Shown piece after piece: positions 5,949 through 12,563 of a stretch of 12,563 bases of DNA (positions within the stretch are counted from its first letter, which is position 1; the number at the start of each line of letters is the position of its first letter). The notes below the pieces were generated by a model. The model saw nothing but the letters and a program-made list of their open reading frames with translations. It searched no databases and was not told the DNA's origin. The stretch is from NCBI RefSeq assembly GCF_004376175.1, contig NZ_SNUY01000087.1, positions 1 to 12,563 of the forward strand. The letters are read 5' to 3'. The position numbers and the translations under genes were made by a program. This DNA comes from Halalkalibacterium halodurans. Lineage in GTDB: Bacteria; Bacillota; Bacilli; Bacillales; Bacillaceae_D.

Positions 5949-7347
5949 TTGCTTCAGCAAAATCGAGAACTTAAGAAGGTGTTGTCACGATTAGATGTTT
6001 TTGTCCTTTCAGTTGGTGCCATGCTTGGCTGGGGGTGGGTCGTCTTATCGGAAAGCTGGCTCACATCTGCGGGCTCTTTCGGAACCATCCTCGCCTTCCT
6101 GATAGGTGGTTTACTCGTCACGTTTGTCGGTCTCACCTATGCGGAGCTCGCATCGGCAATGCCGAAAGTGGGCGGAGAGCACGAGTATGTTCACCGAGCG
6201 ATGGGAGGGAAAGCCGCGTTTCTCGCATCTTGGGCGATTACGTTAGGGTACGTTTCCGTCGTCGCTTTTGAAGCCGTTGCCTTGCCTACGGTCATTGAAT
6301 ACATTTTCCCTAACTATCAAGTCGGATACATGTGGACGATTGCCGGGTGGGATGTGTACGCCTCATGGGTGTTAGTTGGTGTGGCTGGATCGATTTTTGT
6401 CATTGCAATTAACTACTTCGGCCTAAAGCCTGCCGCAAAAATTCAAGTGATTTTAACATTGAGCATTATTTTAATTGGTCTCATGCTCGTATTTGGCTCA
6501 GCTGTAGGTGGTGAGGCGGCGAACTTTGAACCGTTGTTTGTAAATGGCGCTACTGGTATCATGGCGGTCTTAATTATGGTGCCCTTCTTGTTTATCGGAT
6601 TTGATGTTATTCCACAGACAGCAGAAGAGGCGAACATTCCAGCTAGAGATATTGGAAAATTATTAATATTCTCTGTTTTTTTGTGCTATTGTCTTTTACA
6701 TTTTAATTGCTATCGGTGTCGCGTCTGCCCTTGATGCTAACGCTCTTGAGGTGACCCAGCTCGCAACAGCTGATGCCATGTCCGCCCTGTTCGGCTCAAC
6801 ATTTTTTGGGCATTTACTTGTCGTTGGTGGGGTGGCTGGAATTATGACAAGTTGGAATGCCTTTATTATTGGCGGGAGCCGCGTGATGTTTGCGATGGCC
6901 CAATCGGGCATGCTTCCGAAATGGTTTGGTCGTCTCCATCCAAAATACCGGACGCCATCCAATGCGATTCTTTTTATCGGTGGATTAGCTGTCCTAAGTC
7001 CGCTTTTAGGGAGACCGGCCCTCGTCTGGTTTGTAGATAGCGGTGGTCCCGCGATTGTCATTGCTTATTTAATGGTGGCGATTGCCTTTCTTTTGCTACG
7101 AAAAAATGAACCGGCGATGGAGAGGCCTTATCAATCAGGACGATCCTCTACTGTAGGTTGGATCGCACTCGTGTTAAGTATCGGATTTTTGATTATTTAT
7201 TTGCCGGGAATGCCAGCGGCGTTAACAGGACCTGAGTGGGTCATTTTTGTCGGTTGGTTCCTAATCGGACTTTACTTCTTTGTCCAAATGAGTAAAGGGA
7301 AATATAAAGAGAACGAAAACGAAAAAACGTCTGATCAGGCGATGTAA
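5949..7347 (+). pseudogene. APC-superfamily amino-acid permease (candidate GABA importer), split into two ORFs (5949-6734 and 6751-7347) by a frame break at a T7 run
   Basis: Both halves are polytopic and hydrophobic and together make about 460 aa, typical of an APC permease. The second frame is open from 6667 and reads AIVFYILIAIGVASALDANALEV from 6685. The first frame degenerates into a Cys-rich tail (LCYCLLHFNCYRCRVCP) after the T7 run at 6676-6682. Confidence 0.8.
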
Positions 7348-7362
7348 GGGAGTGGAGGTTAA

Positions 7363-8769
7363 ATGGATCTCTATATTAATGGAGAGTGGATGAGGAGCGG
7401 AAAAACATTAGATGTGACCAATCCGGCGACGGGTGAAGTGATTGATACCGTTCCCTTTGCTGGAAAGAAAGAGGCAGAGCTCGCCGTATCCGCTGCATAT
7501 GAAGCTTTTCCGCAGTGGTCAAGCCAAACAGCCTCAGAGCGGAGCCGCTATTTAATGAGATGGTTTCAGCTCATTGATGAACAACAAGAAGAGATTGGCG
7601 AAATCATGACGAAGGAGCAAGGGAAGCCGCTTCGTGAAGCGATTGGAGAAGTCCAATATGCCAACTCGTTTATTCAATGGTATGCCGAGGAAGCAAAGCG
7701 TATTTACGGTGACACGATCCCTGCTTCGGCTATAAACAAACGGATTCTTGTGCAAAAACAACCAGTAGGTGTGATCGCAGCCATCACGCCATGGAACTTT
7801 CCTGCTGCAATGATCACAAGAAAAGTAGCGCCAGCTTTAGCGGCCGGTTGTACCGCTATAGTAAAGCCAGCAGAGCAAACGCCGTTAACGGCCTTAAAGC
7901 TAGCCCAATTGGCGGAGGAAGCGGGGATTCCTGCTGGCGTCCTTAATGTCATTACCGGGAATGCCCAAGACATTGGTGAGGCTTGGCTTGAGGATTCACG
8001 GGTGCGAAAAATCACGTTTACCGGCTCAACAGAAGTTGGGAAGCTCTTAATGCGCGGGGCAGCTCAGACAGTAAAAAAAATATCGCTTGAGCTTGGAGGT
8101 CACGCCCCGTTTATTATCATGGATGATGCCAACTTAGAGGAAGCCGTTGACCAAGTGATAGCCTCGAAATTTCGCAATGCTGGTCAAACGTGTGTATGTG
8201 CCAACCGAATTTACGTTGCCCGGGAAATAGCCGAAGCTTTTACAGAAAAGTTTGCCGCAAAAGTGAACGAACTAAAGGTTGGAAATGGACTGGAGGAAGG
8301 TGTCACGATTGGCCCATTAATTGATAAAGCTGCCGTAGAAAAGGTAGAAGCTCATATTCATGATGCCCTTAAAAAAGGAGGACAGGTTCTTGTTGGCGGC
8401 CAGTGGACGAATCATTTTTTCGAGCCTACGATCATTACTGGTGCGACAGACGAGATGCTCTGCATGAATGAAGAGACGTTCGGTCCCCTCGCCCCGGTTG
8501 CAACGTTTGACACGGAGGAAGAAGTGATCGAACGAGCAAACCATACACCGTACGGATTGGCAGCTTACGTCTTCACCGAAAATATTGGCAGAGCGATCCG
8601 TTTAAGCGAAAAGCTCGAATACGGGATTGTTGGGGTGAATGACGGGATGCCTTCAGTGGCTCAAGCTCCGTTCGGTGGTTGGAAAGAAAGTGGCCTCGGA
8701 CGTGAAGGTGGAAAATACGGAATCGAAGAATACCTTGAGGTCAAATATGTATCGGTCGCGTTCAAATGA
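7363..8769 (+). CDS. gabD: Succinate-semialdehyde dehydrogenase (aldehyde dehydrogenase family)
   Basis: The 468-aa ORF is preceded by SD GGAGG a few nt upstream. ALDH motifs are ITPWNFP, FTGSTEVG, general-base Glu in LELGGHAP, catalytic Cys in GQTCVCANR, and EETFGP. The operon context with gabT supports SSADH specificity. Confidence 0.85.
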   Translation: MDLYINGEWMRSGKTLDVTNPATGEVIDTVPFAGKKEAELAVSAAYEAFPQWSSQTASERSRYLMRWFQLIDEQQEEIGEIMTKEQGKPLREAIGEVQYANSFIQWYAEEAKRIYGDTIPASAINKRILVQKQPVGVIAAITPWNFPAAMITRKVAPALAAGCTAIVKPAEQTPLTALKLAQLAEEAGIPAGVLNVITGNAQDIGEAWLEDSRVRKITFTGSTEVGKLLMRGAAQTVKKISLELGGHAPFIIMDDANLEEAVDQVIASKFRNAGQTCVCANRIYVAREIAEAFTEKFAAKVNELKVGNGLEEGVTIGPLIDKAAVEKVEAHIHDALKKGGQVLVGGQWTNHFFEPTIITGATDEMLCMNEETFGPLAPVATFDTEEEVIERANHTPYGLAAYVFTENIGRAIRLSEKLEYGIVGVNDGMPSVAQAPFGGWKESGLGREGGKYGIEEYLEVKYVSVAFK

Positions 8770-8777
8770 AGGAGGGT

Positions 8778-8813
8778 CCCTAGACTCTGCTTATAGAGTT
8801 TAGGGGGTTTTTA
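8778..8813 (+). terminator. Rho-independent terminator ending the gab operon
   Basis: ccctagactct (8778-8788) pairs with agagtttaggg (8795-8805), an 11-bp stem with one G-U pair. GGTTTTT follows. Confidence 0.7.
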
Positions 8814-8890
8814 TTGATAAAAAAAGTTCATACTCAGTTCACATATTTTTGTTACTCTTTACGCATATAAGTTTTTTTTTGAGTGTGATC

Positions 8891-9064
8891 ATGAATGAAC
8901 CAGAAGAAAGAGAAGGTGTGGGTTTGATAAAAATGAAAACAATCAAGGACATTGTCGAATCCCTAAAGCTCCAAGGGGTTCAAGCAGAGCATTTGCAGGC
9001 GGGTACTTGGACAACACTAGTATCTTTTTTTGATTTGATGGGAACGATAGTTATATTCAGCTAG
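8891..9064 (+). CDS. Hypothetical small protein (doubtful)
   Basis: An open frame is the only evidence. There is no convincing SD for ATG 8891 or for the in-frame ATG 8933, and I recognise no family. Confidence 0.2.
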   Translation: MNEPEEREGVGLIKMKTIKDIVESLKLQGVQAEHLQAGTWTTLVSFFDLMGTIVIFS

Positions 9065-9077
9065 AGGGGGAACCTAT

Positions 9078-9758
9078 ATGTTCTTTCACCCGATGGACAT
9101 TTTGATTTTTGCAGCTCTTGGACTTGCTTTGTGGGCTCAGTCAAAAGTAAAAGGAAATTTTCAGAAGTGGTCTAGAGTAGCAGCATCTTCAAACGCAACA
9201 GGTGCCCAAGTCGCTCGTTTTATTTTAAACAAGGAAGGTCTTCATCATGTGAAGGTGGAGAGGTCGAAGAGTGGCACGTTGTCGGATCACTATGACCCTA
9301 GAGCAAAAACAGTTCGTTTATCAGATCCTGTGTATCAAGGGCATTCGATTTCGGCTCTAGCAGTAGCGGCTCATGAGGTGGGCCACGCCATTCAAGATCA
9401 ACACAACTATTCAATGCTTGTCATTCGGCACCGGTTATTTCCAATAGCGAGCATTGGTTCACAGCTAGCGCCATGGTTGTTTATCGCTGGTTTTTTGCTT
9501 GAGATGACCAATTTAATCGGCGTTGGAATCATTCTTTTCTCTGGAGCTGTCCTGTTTCAAGTCGTAACCTTGCCGGTCGAGTTCGATGCGAGCAAAAGGG
9601 CAAAAGATAAGCTTCTTCAGCTTGGACTCATTCAGTCCCGAGAGGAAAAGGGGATCGGTCAAGTGTTGAACGCTGCAGCGCTCACGTATGTGGCGAGTAC
9701 GCTTATGGCCGTCTTGCAGTTAATTAAATTTATTATGATTTTTAGAGGTCGAAGATAA
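9078..9758 (+). CDS. yugP: Membrane zinc metallopeptidase, YugP family (Zn_peptidase_2)
   Basis: SD GAGGGGGA lies about 7 nt upstream of the ATG. There is an N-terminal TM segment, a HExxH motif in AAHEVGHAIQ, a family-typical LSDHYDPRAKTVRLS segment, and C-terminal TM helices. Confidence 0.8.
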   Translation: MFFHPMDILIFAALGLALWAQSKVKGNFQKWSRVAASSNATGAQVARFILNKEGLHHVKVERSKSGTLSDHYDPRAKTVRLSDPVYQGHSISALAVAAHEVGHAIQDQHNYSMLVIRHRLFPIASIGSQLAPWLFIAGFLLEMTNLIGVGIILFSGAVLFQVVTLPVEFDASKRAKDKLLQLGLIQSREEKGIGQVLNAAALTYVASTLMAVLQLIKFIMIFRGRR

Positions 9759-9769
9759 CGATTTTTCAT

Positions 9770-9809
9770 AAAACGAGACTGAGTCTATCATGGATCAGTC
9801 TCGTTTTTT
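9770..9809. terminator. Bidirectional intrinsic terminator between convergent yugP and folE2
   Basis: aaaacgagactga (9770-9782) pairs perfectly with tcagtctcgtttt (9795-9807), a 13-bp stem. It is flanked by A/T runs that give a U-tract on both strands. Confidence 0.8.
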
Positions 9810-9844
9810 ATAGAGGATCTTCGGAATGCCTGTCCCTTTTTGGA

Positions 9845-10744
9845 CTACTTTTTTGAATAGGAGAGCGTAGCAATGGCGTCATGCTGATGGATCGACTCTT
9901 CATTTCTGCACTCAACGGTAAATGCTTTAATCGTTTCGTTTTCATAAAGATCTGCGGCGGTTAATCGCACCATGTCTTCGACGAATCGTGGGTTTTCATA
10001 AGCCTTTTCTGTCACTGCCTTTTCATCAGGCCGCTTCAAAACAGGGTACAAAATCGAACTAGCATTAGATTCCGCTGCTTCGAGCAAGGTCACTTTCCAA
10101 TCGTCGCTTCCTTCTGTTGGCTCATAAAAAGTTGCTTTGATGGTGACATAGCCCCGTTGATTATGAGCACTGTACTCACTGATTTCCTTAGAGCACGGGC
10201 AAAGAGTCGTGACGGCTGCTGTTAATCCGACCTCATGAGTAAAGCCTAGCGTTTCATCGAAGTGAACGTTCAAACGAGCTTCTGCATGGGCTAGCCCGAT
10301 TTTATTTAGGGAAGGGCTCTCACGTTCAAAAAACCAAGGAAATGTGACATGAACATGGGCGCTTGATTGTTCCATTCGTTCGGCTAAATCTTTTGTGAAA
10401 GCTTGCATATTTTTTAAACTCAAGATGAATCCAGTTTGGTGGTACTCCTGAAGTAATTCGGTTAAACGACTCATGTTAATCCCTTTACTCATTTGCTCCA
10501 AGCCTGTCGTTAATGAGAAAGTCCCAACCGTTGTCTGTTCGTATGGCTTGAGGTTAGACTGGATAATGCAAGGGTGTTTCACATTATGAATGCCGACAGA
10601 ATCAAGGGCAAACAAAAAATCGTTCGGCATGTTTTGCAGATCGGCCATTTCTTCTTTATGAATCGGTTTCTTTCCCGCTACAGGGGGAACAGAACCAAAT
10701 CGTTTATGTCGCTCTGTTTTACTAGGCCATTGTTTCGTTTTCAT
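9845..10744 (-). CDS. folE2: GTP cyclohydrolase FolE2 (GCYH-IB)
   Basis: The 299-aa ORF is preceded by SD GGAGGAGG on the minus strand. Family-typical segments are DLQN near the N-terminus, KGINMSRL, and TTLCPCSKEISEYSAHNQRG. Confidence 0.85.
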   Translation of the reverse strand: MKTKQWPSKTERHKRFGSVPPVAGKKPIHKEEMADLQNMPNDFLFALDSVGIHNVKHPCIIQSNLKPYEQTTVGTFSLTTGLEQMSKGINMSRLTELLQEYHQTGFILSLKNMQAFTKDLAERMEQSSAHVHVTFPWFFERESPSLNKIGLAHAEARLNVHFDETLGFTHEVGLTAAVTTLCPCSKEISEYSAHNQRGYVTIKATFYEPTEGSDDWKVTLLEAAESNASSILYPVLKRPDEKAVTEKAYENPRFVEDMVRLTAADLYENETIKAFTVECRNEESIHQHDAIATLSYSKK

Positions 10745-10763
10745 AGGACCTCCTCCACCTCTT

Positions 10764-10784
10764 AAATAAGAATAATTACGATTT
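10764..10784. promoter_or_regulatory. Zur-box-like operator upstream of folE2
   Basis: The minus strand reads AAATCGTAATTATTCTTATTT against the Bacillus Zur consensus AAATCGTAATNATTACGATTT. One half-site and both flanks are perfect, and the other half-site matches 4/7. The site lies 20-40 nt upstream of the folE2 start. Confidence 0.5.
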
Positions 10785-10880
10785 ATATCTTATCCTATAA
10801 AGTCTTGAGAAGTAAATGAAAAAGCTTAAAGAGAAAGGAAAAGGTCAAATCGTGTCGAAAATATCTACCAGAAGGGAGAG

Positions 10881-11354
10881 ATGATGGTGAAAAAAAGGCA
10901 CGACATTCTTTTTACGCAATTAGAAACGTATCGAGGCTATTTGCTAGATGTTGTAGCAGATGTAACCGAGGAAGAAGCGAACATCATTCCGAGTGGGTTT
11001 AACAACAACATTCGCTGGAATTTGGGCCATGTCTATCTTGATCAATATCTATGGATTGAAGCAGTGACAAGAGAGAAGATCGATTACCCTGGAGCATTTC
11101 TCCGTTGGTTTAACTTTAAGACATCGCCATCAGACTTTACCGCAGAGACGCCAACGGTAGCGCAACTAAAGAAATTACTAGAGCAGCAGCCAGCTTGGAT
11201 CAAAGAGGCGTATGGGCACCGATTGGAGGATGAGATGGCTCCTACAGAAATGGGGATGTGTACGATCGAACAAGTACTATCACGCACCATTTTTCATGAA
11301 GGGATGCATCTCCAAGCGATAATTGATCTAAAAAAACTCGTCAAATCCTCTTAA
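10881..11354 (+). CDS. DinB-family (DinB_2 / YfiT-like four-helix-bundle) protein
   Basis: The 157-aa product has family-typical His positions in IRWNLGHVY and IFHEGMHLQAI. SD GGGAG lies at 10874-10878. The start could be ATG 10884 or GTG 10887 rather than 10881. Confidence 0.75.
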   Translation: MMVKKRHDILFTQLETYRGYLLDVVADVTEEEANIIPSGFNNNIRWNLGHVYLDQYLWIEAVTREKIDYPGAFLRWFNFKTSPSDFTAETPTVAQLKKLLEQQPAWIKEAYGHRLEDEMAPTEMGMCTIEQVLSRTIFHEGMHLQAIIDLKKLVKSS

Positions 11355-11376
11355 AAGAAAAACCTTGTTCAAAAAA

Positions 11377-11404
11377 GGCTTTGATTGCGTAGTCAAAGTC
11401 TTTT
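11377..11404 (+). terminator. Weak intrinsic terminator after the DinB-family gene
   Basis: ggctttga (11377-11384) pairs with tcaaagtc (11393-11400), 8 bp with one G-U pair. The loop is 8 nt and TTTT follows. Confidence 0.4.
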
Positions 11405-11472
11405 GATGCTGATGGAAAAGCGGTACGATTGAAGTCGTGCCTTTGGCTAATTTTGAATAAGGAGAGGTTCAA

Positions 11473-11925
11473 ATGGGGATAGTGTGTAAAGCATTTCAAT
11501 CGATTCCAGAGAAGAACGTAGTAGCTGGCATTCTCCACTTGCATGAGCAAATCTTTGGTCAAGGAGATGACTTGCTGGAAAAAATGAACCGTAAGCCAAA
11601 CATCCTTATCTTCGTGGCACTGGATAGGGGCCATGTAGTTGGGTATAAGATAGGGTATGAGTTGGACAAGCAGACGTTTTACAGTTGGTTAGGTGGCGTT
11701 GATCCGAACATAAGAAAGCAAGGAATTGGCTCCATGTTAATGGAAAGGCAGCATGACTATTTAAGAGATGTTGGTTATAAGGTTGTACGAACGAAGACGA
11801 TGAACAAGTGGCGAAACATGCTTCTATTAAACATTAAAAGTGGTTTTGATGTGATTGAGACGTACATTGATGATAAAGGGCTACATAAAATTGTCCTCGA
11901 AAAAAAGCTAGATGCTTCAAGTTAA
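11473..11925 (+). CDS. GNAT-family N-acetyltransferase
   Basis: SD AAGGAGAGG lies about 6 nt upstream of the ATG. The acetyl-CoA binding motif R/Q-x-x-G-x-G/A is present as IRKQGIGSML. The 150-aa size and strand-helix pattern are typical of Acetyltransf_1. Confidence 0.85.
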   Translation: MGIVCKAFQSIPEKNVVAGILHLHEQIFGQGDDLLEKMNRKPNILIFVALDRGHVVGYKIGYELDKQTFYSWLGGVDPNIRKQGIGSMLMERQHDYLRDVGYKVVRTKTMNKWRNMLLLNIKSGFDVIETYIDDKGLHKIVLEKKLDASS

Positions 11926-11957
11926 AAAGACCGTTCCCGTGTGAGAAAGGTCTTTTT
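11924..11957. terminator. A/T-rich hairpin after the GNAT gene (possible terminator)
   Basis: aaaaagacc (11924-11932) pairs with ggtcttttt (11949-11957), a perfect 9 bp, around a 16-nt loop. Confidence 0.4.
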
Positions 11958-12008
11958 ATATGACATTATATCTATCTTTTCTCATGAGTCTATTAGTCTG
12001 TATATTCG

Positions 12009-12038
12009 ACACAATTAGTAATTAATCGATAATTGTGT
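12009..12038. promoter_or_regulatory. Inverted repeat ACACAATTA-N12-TAATTGTGT, candidate operator
   Basis: The 9-bp arms at 12009-12017 and 12030-12038 are perfect. The repeat lies in the intergenic region about 105 nt upstream of the 12142 ORF. Confidence 0.3.
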
Positions 12039-12141
12039 TGAAAGTCCTGCTAAAAAACGATTCTTTCGAACTGGAAATTTTATGAGATAATAGCTAATGT
12101 TGTGATGGATATACTTTTACAATAGAGGGAGCGAATGGACA

Positions 12142-12465
12142 TTGATAGGTAAGAAGTTATGGATGAGTTTAGGTGTTATTGCAGTTGTTATTGGAGTCGG
12201 TTTCTTTGTGTATTCGGTTATTAATAATTCACCAGAAATGAAACTCGCAAAGGGCTTTGAGAGTCTATTAGATGCTGAGAGAGTTCAAATCGATTCTGAT
12301 TTCGAAATGGACATCGCGTTCGATGCTGAGCTTGCGCAATTGGGTTTTACCACAGATGATGAAGCTTTGCTAGAAATTCTTGAGGACTTATTCAAAAACA
12401 TTGATGGAACGGGTTCTTTTGTTTATGACAAAAATGAACCTGAATTATTCATAAAAAATCTTTGA
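12142..12465 (+). CDS. Hypothetical membrane-anchored protein with an acidic extracytoplasmic domain
   Basis: The TTG start is preceded by SD GAGGGAG 10 nt upstream. The N-terminus is KK followed by a TM helix (LWMSLGVIAVVIGVGFFVYSVI). I recognise no family, and the protein may be truncated. Confidence 0.5.
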   Translation: MIGKKLWMSLGVIAVVIGVGFFVYSVINNSPEMKLAKGFESLLDAERVQIDSDFEMDIAFDAELAQLGFTTDDEALLEILEDLFKNIDGTGSFVYDKNEPELFIKNL

Positions 12466-12563
12466 TAACCAAATAATGCTTATCTATCAAGGTATTGAGC
12501 TAAATGGTCCATGCATCAAATAAATGAAAAAAGAATCCATTTCTGATATGGTTAAAGCAACTA

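Noticed and set aside
8814-8871. Sigma-A promoter candidates (TTGATA 8814-8819, TTCACA 8838-8843, TATAAG 8866-8871) for the small ORF or yugP.
   Set aside because: The hexamer spacings (20-22 nt or no -10 partner) do not fit a 16-18 nt spacer.
10881-11925. The DinB-family plus GNAT gene pair as a GNAT-type toxin-antitoxin module.
   Set aside because: The upstream partner has a DinB four-helix-bundle signature, not an RHH/DUF1778 antitoxin. The genes are separated by 118 nt containing a hairpin plus T-run, and the GNAT gene has its own strong SD.
1-12563. A search by eye for CRISPR repeats, tRNA or rRNA genes, riboswitch-like leaders, and tandem repeats.
   Set aside because: I noticed no regularly spaced direct repeats, no cloverleaf-like segments and no long structured leaders. 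Every intergenic region over 100 nt is covered in the features or findings.

Overview
This looks like a chromosomal segment from a Firmicutes, Bacillaceae-like organism, judging by strong GGAGG-type Shine-Dalgarno sites, GTG/TTG starts and rather acidic proteins. The left end carries an apparently complete IS1182-family insertion sequence (1-1833). It abuts an orphan iron-siderophore-type ABC substrate-binding lipoprotein gene. The centre is a sigma-54 (SigL)-dependent GABA-shunt operon. It runs from a consensus -24/-12 promoter (3134-3149) through gabT (5' end out of frame), a PAS/AAA+/HTH enhancer-binding protein, an APC-superfamily permease (split by a frame break at a T7 run) and gabD to a terminator. 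The right part holds a doubtful small ORF, a YugP-type membrane Zn-metallopeptidase and a convergent folE2 (GTP cyclohydrolase IB) preceded by a Zur-box-like operator. It ends with a DinB-family protein, a GNAT acetyltransferase and a short membrane-anchored hypothetical protein. I saw no rRNA, tRNA, CRISPR array, or recognisable defence or toxin-antitoxin module. I do not find convincing evidence for a novel multi-gene system. The points most worth a second look are the sigma-54 regulatory architecture, repeated +1 frame breaks at homopolymer runs inside the gab operon, the insulation structures of the IS, and the Zur-box candidate.
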